Notes: a model not told the origin generated them from the letters alone. Shown: positions 1 to 10,289, counted from the first letter of the stretch. The stretch: DNA of 64,000 nucleotides from Acidobacteriota bacterium (GCA_965217775.1 CBDCJH010000002.1:4128001-4192000); one strand, 5' to 3'. A program made the numbers and translations.

Positions 1-3000
1 CGTCGTCCGCGACCTCAAGATCTCCCATCAGATCCACCACCGAATCGGCGGGAATCATCTCGCCCATCTGGTTGTAGAAGTAGATGGCCGGGGTCACCGT
101 GGAAGTCTCCACGTTCACCAACACGATGTCGGAGGTGATGGTCACCCCAGTCGATTGGCCGTTGGCAAAGTGGGCGAAGTCGATGCCCTCCATGGGCGTT
201 GCCTCAACCGAGGCGGAGGCGCCAGTACCGATGGCGTTCACCGCTCTCACCTCGATTTCATGGCCGATCCCGTTGGTCAGGCCCGTCATGGTGTAGCTGG
301 TGGCACTCGCGCCGCCGGCCACGGCCATCCAGTTGCTCCACTGTCCACCGTTCATCCGGTAGCGCACCTGGTAGCCGGTAACCGCGGAGCCGCCGGTGTC
401 GGCCGGCATGCCCCACATCACCGTGATGGTCTCGCTTTCGACCCTCGCCGTCAGGCCCGTGGGCGCGGTGGGCGCCCGGCCCGGCGTCGCGCTGTCTTCC
501 GCAGCCGCACCTTCGCCGATGCTGTTCACCGCCCGCACCTGGAATCCATATTCCGTGCCGTTGGTGAGGCCGGTGACCGTGCGGCTCCTGGCGTTTCCGG
601 CACCGCTGACGGTCGCCCAATCGCTGTAGGTCTCGCCAGACGCAGCGTAGCGGTACTCGTAACGGATGATCTGTGAGCCGCCGTCAGCTGGAGCACCCCA
701 GGTCAGTGTGACCTGCTCGTCACCGGCGTCTGCCTCCAGATTCGAAGGCGCACCCGGCGCGGAATCCGCCAACGTGGCGCTGGCCGTGGCACCCTGGCCA
801 CCACCGACGCTGTTCACCGCCCTCACCTCGAAGGTGTAGGACGCTCCGCTTTCCAGGCCAGTTACCGTGTAGCTGGTGGCACTGGCCCCGCCGGGAACGT
901 TCGCCCACTCAGTGAAACTGCTGCCACTCTGCTGATAGCGGTGTTGATAACGGACGATCGCCAAACCACCGTCACTCGCCGGTGCGGTCCAACTCAACCT
1001 GACCTGCTGGTCTCCGCCGGTCGCCCTCAGGTTTCTGGGTGCACCCGGAGCACCCTCCACCGGGATGGTCACAACCACGTCCGCGACCCCGATACCCTGG
1101 TAGTCGCCGCCACTCACCGAATGCGTCAGCGTGACCGACTGCATCTCTTCGCCGCCAGCGTCTTCGTCCACCATCACCGTCACTGTCTGGTCGGCATTCC
1201 AGTTACTCGTCGTGAAGATCACCGGCGAACCGGTCACCGTCACGTCGTTCCTCGGGCTGTCCACCGTCACCGACACAGTATCCGTCGGCTGTGTGTTCAG
1301 CCGGACCCGATAGGTCCCGCTCACACCGGCCGCGATCGTCAGCGAGGTCGGACTCACCGTTACGCCTTTATTGTCATTCTCATTAATTGTCACCCTTACG
1401 GATGAAATCGCCGGCCGAGGATCGCCGTCGTCGTCTTTTTCGTATTCGTCCGCTCCACTCACTTTGTGCGTCAACGTTACCGGCACGTCTTGCGCGGCGT
1501 CTTCGTCCTCGGCCACACTGACCGTCACCGTCTGCGCACGGTTCCAATTGCCGATTGAGAAACTCACACTGCGCCCGCTCACTCTCACGTCATCGGAGGC
1601 GCCGGAAATAGCCACTGAGACTGGTGCCGTCGGTGCCTTGGTCAATACCATGGTGTAGGAATCGCTTCCGCCTTCGGTGATCGTGAGCGACGTCGGGTTC
1701 ACGGCCACGTCAGGCGTGTCGCTGTCCATGACTTCCACCGCGACATTTTCCGAGACGTTGTAATCCGAGTCTGAGCTTGTTGCGGCGTTTTCCAGAGTCG
1801 CTGAAGGGGCCGTTGCGTCGGCCGCTACGTGAACCGTCACAGGTCGTTCCCTGAACCAGTTGTCCGGCGTGAACGTCAGCGGCGTCGGGGTCGCGCTGAC
1901 ATCTGTGCCCCCTCCGGTTATGTTCACTGTAACGTCCATCGTCGGCTGGGTTTTCAGCACCACTCTATACGTCTGGCTCGAACCCTCAGGGATTTCCAGG
2001 CTCATCGGTGTCACGGACAAACCCGCCGTGTCGTTGTCCACGACTCTCACATCGACATTCTTCGCTGTCACCGTGGGCGGAGTGCTCGTGGAATCGTAGC
2101 CGCCACCCCTAACGGCGTGTGTCAGCGTCACGGTCCCGTGCGCACCGTTGGCATCTTCGTCTGCACGCACGGTCACCGATTGAGCAATGTTCCAGTTGCG
2201 TTGGGTGAAGGTCAGCCTGGTCGGAGCGACCGTCAGGGACTCCATCTTCGCCGTTTCAAGCCCAAGCCCACCCAACGTTACCGTCACGGGTCCCGTGGGC
2301 TGGGAATTCAGCCTGATGGTGTAGGTACTCGCCGTCGATCCCTCGTCGACCGTCAGTGCCGTTGGCGTGATTATGACGCCCTTCTGGTCATCCTCAGTGA
2401 TCCTCACCGTCACCTTGCCCATCTGGTCGCCGGTCAAGCCGCTATAGCCACCGCCACTTGCGGCGTGGGTCAGCGTTATGTCGGCATCTTGTTCCGCGTC
2501 GGCATCTTGGAGAGCCTTCACCTCCACCGTTTGCTCAGTGTCCCAGGTGCTGGTAGTGAATATCAGGCGCGAGGGAGTCAACGTCACGTCACCGGAATCG
2601 GCGCGCACCATGACCGTCACGGTCCCAGTGGGTTGCGATCGCAGTTTGACGGTGTATTCGCCGGTCTCACCCTCCATCATCGTTAGAGAATCGGTTGATG
2701 CGGTCACACCGATCATTTCGTTCTCCGTGACCGTGACCCGGACGCTATCCACCCCTCGGAGGCCGTCGTAGTCCCCGCCGCGAACCGTGTGCCTGAGCGT
2801 CACGGCATTCTCCGGTTCTCCGTCGGGGTCTTCCGCGGCGCTGACCACCACTTCCTTTGCCTCGAACCAGTCTGTAGTCGTGAACGTCCGCTGTGACGGA
2901 TTCACGGTCACATCACCCGAAGCCCCAGTTACCGTCACGGTCACATTGTCGGTCGGCTGGGTTTTCAATCTAATAGTGTAGGTTGCGCTTCCGCCCTCGG

Positions 3001-4537
3001 CGACCTCGAGTGACGTCTGGTCCAACTCGACGCCCCGCGTATCGTTTTCGCTAACCGTCACCCGCAATGTCCCGCCGGCTACCGTCACATCGCCGATCGT
3101 GTGCGCCACCGTTGCGGTATCCGTCACGCCATCTTCGTCTTCAGCCGCGGTAACCGTCACCGGCTGCGCCGTGTTCCAGTTGCCAGGGTTCTCTGCGTCG
3201 ACCGGCGCCGTGAAGGTCAGGGTGGCTTGATTGCCATCCGTATCCGCGTTGGTGTCCACCGTGACATCCACATCCGAGGAGGCCAGACTTACCGTCACAT
3301 CCGCCGACGGCCTAGAAGCCACCCTCACCGTGTAGGTGCGGCTCGTACCTTCGTTGACGGTCAGTGAACTCGTACTTAGTCTGATTCCCGATGTCGCCTC
3401 CCGGACGGTCACGGCGACGGTGTCATTATCAATAGTCGCGCCATCGTAAGACTCGTCCTTGCCGCTCGCATCGGTGATCGCATGCACCAAATCTACCGAT
3501 CCCGTGGCACTCGAGGTCACTCGAACCGTGACTGGCTTCGGTCGATTCCAGTCGCCCCTCGAAAACCTCACCGACGAGGTCGCACTCACACCTTCATTTT
3601 CATTATTCGGATCTTCCGTTACCGAAATGGTCACATTGCCCGTCGGCTGAGTATCGAGCACTATCGTGTAAGTCGCGTTCACGCCCTGGGCAATAGTCAG
3701 TGAATCGGTACTCACGGACACGCCCCGCGTGTCGTTGTCATCGACCGTCACCAACACCATGCTGTTTTCCCGGTCAGCTTCGGAGCCTGCAGGCACGCCG
3801 GTGTAGTCCCCACCTCGCACCGTGTGGGTGAGGGTCGCGGTATCGTCTTCCGCATCGAAATCCTCTCCCGCAAACACCGTCACCGTCTGCGCCATGGCGT
3901 AGTTATCCGCGGTGAAGAACAACCGGGACGGACTTACCGTGATTTCGCCCGAGGCGCCCGCAATGTCCACGGTCACCGTTGCAGTCGGTTCAGTGTTCAG
4001 CACGACCGTGTATTCACCAGTTTGAGTAGCTTCTAGGAAGAAAACCGTATTCGTACTCAACGTGACCAGTTTCGTATCGTTGTCGTCGACCATCACGGTC
4101 ACCGTCGCGTTTCTCAACGCCACCTCGTCTTCGTCGTCCCCGATCATTGCCGTGTGGGTGAGCGTGACTGTCTCATCCACAGCGTTAGCGTCGTCTCCCG
4201 CGGTCACCTCGAAGGTCTGCGCCGTATCGTAGGTGCCCGGCATAAAGGTCAGCGACGTTGGGTTCACCGTCAGGTCGGCCGTTGTGCCGCCCACCGTAAT
4301 CACGACATCTTCCGATGGCGCGGCATCCAGTTTGACAGTGTACTCAGCGGTATCTTCTTCCACGACGGTTAGTGATCGCGGGTCCATCGTCACGGCCAGG
4401 CTGTCTTGTGCGAACGCCAGTTGGGGCGTCGCGAGCAGCATGACGGCCAGGAAAGGGAAAAAACCCCTTCCGATGTGGACAAAGCAAGTGTTTCTTAGGC
4501 CGTCACAGATCGATGCGGACCTACTGCGTTTCGGCAT
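1..4537 (-). CDS. Giant secreted adhesin-like surface protein: ~10 Calx-beta/cadherin-like repeats, 3 fibronectin type III domains, then a C-terminal domain; 3' end runs off the window
   Basis: Translated by hand (absent from the ORF track because it has no stop in the window). ATG at 4537 with GGAGG RBS. Signal-like FLAVMLLATPQLAFAQ. Repeats LTVxEG...YTVxLxxQP...W..AQTVTVxAxED. FN3 units PGAPxNL...W..P...Y..RY...TGL..G..Y.F.VRAVN. Confidence 0.9.
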   Translation of the reverse strand, partial: MPKRSRSASICDGLRNTCFVHIGRGFFPFLAVMLLATPQLAFAQDSLAVTMDPRSLTVVEEDTAEYTVKLDAAPSEDVVITVGGTTADLTVNPTSLTFMPGTYDTAQTFEVTAGDDANAVDETVTLTHTAMIGDDEDEVALRNATVTVMVDDNDTKLVTLSTNTVFFLEATQTGEYTVVLNTEPTATVTVDIAGASGEITVSPSRLFFTADNYAMAQTVTVFAGEDFDAEDDTATLTHTVRGGDYTGVPAGSEADRENSMVLVTVDDNDTRGVSVSTDSLTIAQGVNATYTIVLDTQPTGNVTISVTEDPNNENEGVSATSSVRFSRGDWNRPKPVTVRVTSSATGSVDLVHAITDASGKDESYDGATIDNDTVAVTVREATSGIRLSTSSLTVNEGTSRTYTVRVASRPSADVTVSLASSDVDVTVDTNADTDGNQATLTFTAPVDAENPGNWNTAQPVTVTAAEDEDGVTDTATVAHTIGDVTVAGGTLRVTVSENDTRGVELDQTSLEVAEGGSATYTIRLKTQPTDNVTVTVTGASGDVTVNPSQRTFTTTDWFEAKEVVVSAAEDPDGEPENAVTLRHTVRGGDYDGLRGVDSVRVTVTENEMIGVTASTDSLTMMEGETGEYTVKLRSQPTGTVTVMVRADSGDVTLTPSRLIFTTSTWDTEQTVEVKALQDADAEQDADITLTHAASGGGYSGLTGDQMGKVTVRITEDDQKGVIITPTALTVDEGSTASTYTIRLNSQPTGPVTVTLGGLGLETAKMESLTVAPTRLTFTQRNWNIAQSVTVRADEDANGAHGTVTLTHAVRGGGYDSTSTPPTVTAKNVDVRVVDNDTAGLSVTPMSLEIPEGSSQTYRVVLKTQPTMDVTVNITGGGTDVSATPTPLTFTPDNWFRERPVTVHVAADATAPSATLENAATSSDSDYNVSENVAVEVMDSDTPDVAVNPTSLTITEGGSDSYTMVLTKAPTAPVSVAISGASDDVRVSGRSVSFSIGNWNRAQTVTVSVAEDEDAAQDVPVTLTHKVSGADEYEKDDDGDPRPAISSVRVTINENDNKGVTVSPTSLTIAAGVSGTYRVRLNTQPTDTVSVTVDSPRNDVTVTGSPVIFTTSNWNADQTVTVMVDEDAGGEEMQSVTLTHSVSGGDYQGIGVADVVVTIPVEGAPGAPRNLRATGGDQQVRLSWTAPASDGGLAIVRYQHRYQQSGSSFTEWANVPGGASATSYTVTGLESGASYTFEVRAVNSVGGGQGATASATLADSAPGAPSNLEADAGDEQVTLTWGAPADGGSQIIRYEYRYAASGETYSDWATVSGAGNARSRTVTGLTNGTEYGFQVRAVNSIGEGAAAEDSATPGRAPTAPTGLTARVESETITVMWGMPADTGGSAVTGYQVRYRMNGGQWSNWMAVAGGASATSYTMTGLTNGIGHEIEVRAVNAIGTGASASVEATPMEGIDFAHFANGQSTGVTITSDIVLVNVETSTVTPAIYFYNQMGEMIPADSVVDLMGDLEVADD

Positions 4538-4751
4538 GGGGATTCCCTCCAAATACGATCTAGCGCTGTCGGGCTCTTCTCACAAGTGTTTTTTTCTCAC
4601 TGGTGCTATTCCTGATTCGTACGGAATCAGGAGGCACCCAAAGCGTCGACGAATGATACCATATCAATACTGACACCAATCTAACTGATGTTCCGTGCGC
4701 AAAAATGTGGCACCGAAGAGGTTCTTTGGCCATACCAAGAGGAGGTATCAT

Positions 4752-4935
4752 CCGTTGCCTCAAAGAAGGACCTCCCCGAAGAAAGTCCCGAGGTCGCTGC
4801 CCTCATCGTAGATCTTGACCGGGGTCGATGCCGATCCGGGAGTTCGTCCTTTAGATGCTCGATCCGCTGATGCAACTTGGCCGGAGTCAGTCGCTCGCAC
4901 TGAGCCTGAAGCTCTCGCTTGTGCGCCTCACGACT
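4752..4935 (-). pseudogene. Probable 3' remnant of an IS transposase (ISNCY/IS481-like) with terminal sequence
   Basis: Fragment LQAQCERLTPAKLHQRIEHL...SGRSFFEAT resembles a transposase C-terminus and ends in TGAGGCAACG. Recognised from memory only. Confidence 0.4.
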
Positions 4936-5099
4936 AAACCGTCCACGAAAACGGGACACCTTCATTCTCATGCGTTTCTGACCGGAGTCGGGACAGGGCC
5001 TCCCTCGTCACCGAATCTGGCGGGATTTCGGCACTATTCCTTCGACGGCGGTGAGAGGCAATTGAGTCTTTCCCCCGCCGCGGGCAGAATGGAGCCCTA

Positions 5100-5352
5100 T
5101 TGATCGATCTGGACTTGTTCGTCATCGGCACCGGACCCGCAGGTCAAAGAGCCGCCGTCCAGGCGGCCAAGCTGGGAAGGAGAGTCGGGATCTGCGACCG
5201 GCGCGAGGTGGTGGGCGGGGTCTGCATGAACACGGGAACCATCCCCTCCAAGACCTGCCGCGAGGCCCTCCTCTATCTGACGGGTTACCGGCAGCGGGCC
5301 ATTTACGGAGAATCGTATACGCTCAAGGAAGACTTGGAGATGCAGGATCTCC
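5100..5352 (+). pseudogene. sthA: 5' fragment (~84 codons) of soluble pyridine nucleotide transhydrogenase
   Basis: DLFVIGTGPAGQRAAVQAAKLG...GGVCMNTGTIPSKT (FAD-binding motif, CxxxxT). Similarity stops after MQDL. Confidence 0.8.
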
Positions 5353-5397
5353 ATGGGCCAACAAGATTTACGAGTCTTTTACGATCAGGGTTTCCCT

Positions 5398-6144
5398 ATG
5401 CCCGACCCAGTGTCCATCGTCGTGCCGACGTTTCGGGAGGCCGCGAATATCCCGTCCCTGCTTCGCCGCGTAGAGGCCACGTTGTCCGAATGGCCCACCG
5501 AGTGGGAATTAATCCTGGTGGACGACGACTCGAACGACGGCAGCGAGACTGTCGTGGCGGAGTGGGGGTGCCGACTCCCCATTCGCATGGAGATCCGACG
5601 CGACGCGCCCAGAGACCTGTCCCGCTCGGTACTCCTTGGCATGCGGCTCGCTCGCTTCGACCGGCTGGTGGTGATGGACGCCGACCTGTCGCACCCGCCG
5701 GAGCAGATCCCCGACTTGCTTGCCGCCCTTGAACCCGACTGCGACATCGTCGTCGGCAGCCGATACGTGTCTGATGCACGGGTGGATCCTGCCTGGGGCT
5801 GGTCCCGGGCGTTCCTGTCACGGGTCGGGACACTGATGGCGCGTCCGCTGGTAAATTGTCGCGACCCCCTGTCGGGGTTCTTCGCGATTGATCGCCGGAC
5901 CCTTCCCGATCTGGATGAGTTCCATCCTCTTGGCTATAAGATTGCTCTTGAACTGATGGCACGCGGGCAGCTTCGAGTCCGGGAAGTCCCGATCCGGTTC
6001 GAAACTCGCAGCCGGGGCCAGAGCAAGTTGAACTGGCGAACACACGTCCACTTTCTGCGCCATCTTTGCCGACTGTACGCCCCCCGCCTCGGGGAAACGG
6101 TGCGGAAGACACGCTTGGACGAAAAGCCTGGCGATGCACCGTGA
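5398..6144 (+). CDS. Polyprenol/dolichol monophosphomannose synthase-like GT2 (Dpm1/Ppm1 family); alternative start 5353
   Basis: VSIVVPTFRE, ILVDDDSNDG, VMDADLSHPPE, VGSRY, DPLSGFF, GYKIALE motifs. Confidence 0.88.
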   Translation: MPDPVSIVVPTFREAANIPSLLRRVEATLSEWPTEWELILVDDDSNDGSETVVAEWGCRLPIRMEIRRDAPRDLSRSVLLGMRLARFDRLVVMDADLSHPPEQIPDLLAALEPDCDIVVGSRYVSDARVDPAWGWSRAFLSRVGTLMARPLVNCRDPLSGFFAIDRRTLPDLDEFHPLGYKIALELMARGQLRVREVPIRFETRSRGQSKLNWRTHVHFLRHLCRLYAPRLGETVRKTRLDEKPGDAP

Positions 6145-6210
6145 CCGCTACGGTGACGATTTTCGGTCGCCACCGAATGGCCGGGCCGGGCCATCGAGGG
6201 CAAGAGCAAC

Positions 6211-8652
6211 ATGACCGAGAAGAAGCAACTGGCACCCCGCGCCTCCAGCATCCGATTTGTCGGGTCGATGAGCAGTCATGCCCTGCTACTGGGCCTCCTG
6301 GTCATCGTCAGCTATCTGCCGGTGCTTGAAGCCGGATTCGTCTGGGACGACGTGATCTTCGTCGACGAACCCGTGGTTCACAACTGGTCCGGGCTGTGGA
6401 ATATCTGGTTCTCCCCGGCAGACATAAAGAAAGAAGGTCACTATTGGCCCATCGTCTATGCGAGTTTCTGGCTGGAGCACAAGCTTTGGGGGTTGGACCC
6501 GCTGGGCTATCACGTCGTCAACCTGCTGTTGCATCTCGTAAACGTCCTGCTGATCTGGCGCCTCCTTGAGCGTCTGGCCGTGCCCGGCTCCTGGATCATC
6601 GCGGCCGTCTTTGCCGTCCACCCTCTGCATGTCGAGTCGGTCGCCTGGGTCATCGAGCGCAAGGACCTGCTTTCGGCGTGGTTCTACCTGACCGCCGTTT
6701 TCACCTGGATCCGGTTCGTGGAGGCACCGAAGCCGGCCCGTTACCTGCTGGCGCTCGTTCTGTTCTCGACCGGCCTGTTATCCAAGTCCATCGTGGTGAC
6801 GCTACCGGTGGCGCTCTTGATCTGGCACTGGTGGCAAACAGGCCGTGTGACACGGACCGAATTGATCCGGCTGGCGCCATTCTTCGCGGTGGCACTGGTC
6901 ATTACGGCCCTTGATCTGTCGTTCTACACCTCGCGGGAGCCACTGGCGCTCGGCTATTCCTTCGTCGAGCGTATCCTGATTGCGACCCGCGCGCTGTGGT
7001 TCTACGTGGGCAAGCTGCTGTGGCCGACGGGTCTTGCCATTATTTATCCGCTTTGGGAAATTCGCCCGGCGGACCCGGTTTCCTGGATCTGGGTCTTGGC
7101 TGCGGTTGCCCTGGCGGCGCTGCTCTGGTTCGGCCGGGAGCGGTTGGGACGGGGACCTCTGGCAGGAGCTCTATTCTTTGCCGTGACGCTGTCACCGGTA
7201 CTCGGTTTCGTCGACTATGGATACATGCAGTTCTCTCTGGTCGCGGACCGGTTCCAGTATCTGGCGGGTCTCGGCGTGCTGGCGGTGCTCCTCGGCGCGG
7301 CGACGCATGGCGTCAGCCTGCTTCCGGCCGCGATGAGAACCTGGGCCGGGGGCATGCTCGTCTCCATACTGGCGCTACTGGGCACACTCACGTGGCACCA
7401 AGCGGGCTTATATCGGGACCCGATCACCTTTTTCAGCCACATCGTCGCGCACAATCCCGAGGCGCGGGACGCCCACCTCAACCTGATGGGGCCCCTTTCG
7501 GATGCTGGTCGCCACGAGGAGGCGCTGGCCGCGGGCCGCATCGGCGTGGCGCAGCGACCCGACAATGCGGCTATTCATTCCAATCTTGGCCGGGTTCTCA
7601 TCCGACTGGATCGCCTCGATGAGGCTGAAGCGGCGCTGGACACGGCCCTGGGGCTCGACCCCCGGCATCTAAACGCGAACCAGAACCTCGGGGAAATCTT
7701 GCGGAAACAAGGCCGGTACACCGAGGCGATCGAGACCTACCGCAGGGTGCTCGAAATCGATGACAGCCTCGTGCAGGGATACGGCGGACTCGGCATTGCG
7801 CTGTTCCATACGAGACGCTACCAGGACGCGATTGCGCCACTGGAGAAAGCGCTTGAATTGGAGCCTGACGCCCCGTTCGCGGGTGAGCTCTCACTGTACG
7901 CGGGGCGCGCGGAGCGCGAAGTGGACCGGCTCGACTCTGCAAGTGCGCATTTCCGGCGCGCCGCGGCATTGACGCCGGATCCTGTGGATGCCCTGGTGGA
8001 ATTGTCCAACGTGATGTTCTTGCGGGACCGCGACGACGAAGCCGAGGAGTATCTGCGCCGCGCTCGTGAGCTGCGTCCCAGCGACCCCACGATGCTCTTA
8101 AGCGTGGGCGAGGCGCTCAGGAAGGCGGAGCGGCATGAGGAGGCGATCGTCTTTTACCGTGAATCGCTGCGAATCGACCCGCACTTCGTCGGTTCCCGGG
8201 TTGGCCTGGGCGCGGCGTTTTTCAAGCTCAAACGCTACGAAGAAGCCTTCGATTCTCTGACACGGGCGACCATGGCGGAAACGGACCCGGAAACGGCGGC
8301 GACGGCGCACTATCTGGCGGGCCGGACTCTGCTGGAACTGGATCGGCCGGCGGAAGCGGCGGTGCATTTCGAGAGCGCGCTGGAACGCGATCCGAAACAC
8401 ACGAAAGCACTGGACCATCTGGCCCATTTGAGGTTCGGACAGAAGAAGTACGAGGATGCGCTCGACCTGTATCGAACCCACGCGACTCTGAAACCCGACA
8501 GCGTCACCGTCCATGCCAACATCGGCGTGACGCTGTACTTCCTAGGACGTCATGCCGAAGCGCTGGAAAGCATGGAACGCGTGCTCCGGCTTGACCCGGA
8601 CCACCAAATGGCCCGGAAAATGGTCGCTCAACTCCGCAAAGTCAACCAATAA
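6211..8652 (+). CDS. TMTC-like membrane GT-C glycosyltransferase with C-terminal TPR array
   Basis: Multi-TM N-terminal half with GFVWDD, HPLHVESVAWVIERKD and ADRFQYL motifs, then roughly ten TPR repeats. Confidence 0.85.
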   Translation: MTEKKQLAPRASSIRFVGSMSSHALLLGLLVIVSYLPVLEAGFVWDDVIFVDEPVVHNWSGLWNIWFSPADIKKEGHYWPIVYASFWLEHKLWGLDPLGYHVVNLLLHLVNVLLIWRLLERLAVPGSWIIAAVFAVHPLHVESVAWVIERKDLLSAWFYLTAVFTWIRFVEAPKPARYLLALVLFSTGLLSKSIVVTLPVALLIWHWWQTGRVTRTELIRLAPFFAVALVITALDLSFYTSREPLALGYSFVERILIATRALWFYVGKLLWPTGLAIIYPLWEIRPADPVSWIWVLAAVALAALLWFGRERLGRGPLAGALFFAVTLSPVLGFVDYGYMQFSLVADRFQYLAGLGVLAVLLGAATHGVSLLPAAMRTWAGGMLVSILALLGTLTWHQAGLYRDPITFFSHIVAHNPEARDAHLNLMGPLSDAGRHEEALAAGRIGVAQRPDNAAIHSNLGRVLIRLDRLDEAEAALDTALGLDPRHLNANQNLGEILRKQGRYTEAIETYRRVLEIDDSLVQGYGGLGIALFHTRRYQDAIAPLEKALELEPDAPFAGELSLYAGRAEREVDRLDSASAHFRRAAALTPDPVDALVELSNVMFLRDRDDEAEEYLRRARELRPSDPTMLLSVGEALRKAERHEEAIVFYRESLRIDPHFVGSRVGLGAAFFKLKRYEEAFDSLTRATMAETDPETAATAHYLAGRTLLELDRPAEAAVHFESALERDPKHTKALDHLAHLRFGQKKYEDALDLYRTHATLKPDSVTVHANIGVTLYFLGRHAEALESMERVLRLDPDHQMARKMVAQLRKVNQ

Positions 8653-9007
8653 CCCGTCCGGTTGATCGTTCCCGCGGGATTCCTACTGCGGTCAGGCGAC
8701 TCCATGGCGATTCATCCGACCGCTGACCGAGCGGTCAGCACACGGCAGTCCGAAGCCGGACACCTTCATCCTCAGGCAGAATCCGCCGGTGCTGACAAGC
8801 GGTCGGCAAAGCCGATTCACAATGTCTCTGAGTCAGGCAACAAAGGGGGAACAAGGGAAAAGAGAAGAGATTGCCGGCATTCAGGAGCCGATTCGGCTGC
8901 CTGTTTGTTGCCTGTGCAGGACGCCAAACATAGGGAGTCAACCACTTTACCGATTCGGCGAAGAACCCGGTAGATGACTGAAAAAGTTAATGTTTAGTAG
9001 TTCTTGA

Positions 9008-9544
9008 CTAAAGGGCAGACGGGATTGGAAATCGCCGCTCCACATGCGCGAGATGATGCCGGCCGTGCCAGGCGTAGGCCCCGACGGTGACCGCCAGTCT
9101 GGAGGCGCCCGACTCAGGGTGCACGAACTCCCGCTGGAGTTGCTCCCAGCTCAGGCTGCGCAACAGATCCACCCAACGGCAGTGGAGGGCCGCCAGGAGA
9201 TCGAGCGAAGAAGCGACCGGTTCCCGACTGTCCGGCAGCTCGGCCCAACTCTTCTCGTCGTAGGCCTTGATCACGGGCCGGTCTTCCGTCAGCGCCAACT
9301 TGAATCGAACGTAGCTGTTCATGTGACTGTCGGCCAGGTGGTGGACCACTTGCCGGACGGTCCAGCCACCCGGACGGTACGGGGTGTCCAGTTGGCCGTC
9401 GGTCAACGGAGAGACCGCCCGCCGGAGGTCGGCCGGCAACGCCGCAATATCGTCGATCCAGGCGGTGACCCGATCACGGGTCACCTCTCCCTCGAGTGAG
9501 AATTTTCCAATTGGATATCGAAGATCAGTTGTCGGTGGATTCAT
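9008..9544 (-). CDS. YfiT/BstA-like DinB-superfamily thiol transferase / metal-dependent hydrolase
   Basis: DLRYPIG, LDTPYRPGGWTVRQVVHHLADSH, YAWHGRHHLAH. Confidence 0.88.
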   Translation of the reverse strand: MNPPTTDLRYPIGKFSLEGEVTRDRVTAWIDDIAALPADLRRAVSPLTDGQLDTPYRPGGWTVRQVVHHLADSHMNSYVRFKLALTEDRPVIKAYDEKSWAELPDSREPVASSLDLLAALHCRWVDLLRSLSWEQLQREFVHPESGASRLAVTVGAYAWHGRHHLAHVERRFPIPSAL

Positions 9545-10224
9545 ATTCGATCACCTGTTTGGCTAGTCTCGGCAGCCGCGCCACTGGTGGTCTCGTCCCC
9601 TTCGCCAGTGTAGAATGCGGTCGTGTGCCCGGCCCGCGAACGCGCGGCGGCGGGATCGGTTCCGAACGCGACGGCCGCTTGTTCCCACCCCTCGCTGCTG
9701 CCGCTGATGAACGCCCGCCCGTCCGGCGAAACCGCGAATGCGGCCGGGTCGGGCATCGGCGCGGCCGGTTGCGCAAGATGGATCGCGAGTCCCAGCAGAC
9801 CCAATTCCCAGCCGACGCCGAGCGCACCCGGCCCGTACTCATCCCAGTGTTCCGAAACCTGCTGGGTGTGCGTCAGGGTCAGCCGGGCGCCGCCGGCGCC
9901 ATCGCCCGAGCAGTGGACCTCCAACCAACTGACTTCCCCGCCGAACTCCCATGTGACCGCAAAATGGGACAGAGGCTCGCACGCCGTGACCACGCCGCCC
10001 GCATTGCCTTCCAACTGATAGCGGCCCCCAAGTTCGAGCTCGCCGCTGACCGTCAGAAACCAGCGCGGAATCCGCTCGCCGTTGGTCACGGCGTCCCACA
10101 CGTCCTCGACCGACGTCGCGTAGCTGCGAGAAAGCGTGACCGCTCGCGCGGGACGCCCATCCCGCTCCATCGACCATACGGAACGCTCTGCGGCGCCAAG
10201 GTTGCCTTCGACATCGAAGTCCAT
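9541..10224 (-). CDS. SRPBCC/AHSA1-like domain protein
   Basis: EDVWDAVTNGERIPRWF, YGPGALGVGWE; 4-nt overlap with the downstream gene. Confidence 0.85.
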   Translation of the reverse strand: MDFDVEGNLGAAERSVWSMERDGRPARAVTLSRSYATSVEDVWDAVTNGERIPRWFLTVSGELELGGRYQLEGNAGGVVTACEPLSHFAVTWEFGGEVSWLEVHCSGDGAGGARLTLTHTQQVSEHWDEYGPGALGVGWELGLLGLAIHLAQPAAPMPDPAAFAVSPDGRAFISGSSEGWEQAAVAFGTDPAAARSRAGHTTAFYTGEGDETTSGAAAETSQTGDRI

Positions 10225-10289
10225 GGTTTCTCTATATATATAATGTATCCGGTCCGCCGTTGGACCCCGGGAGCGCCGGATTCCTCGTC

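Noticed and set aside
84-4673. Many short plus-strand ORFs
   Set aside because: Antisense shadows of the minus-strand adhesin gene.
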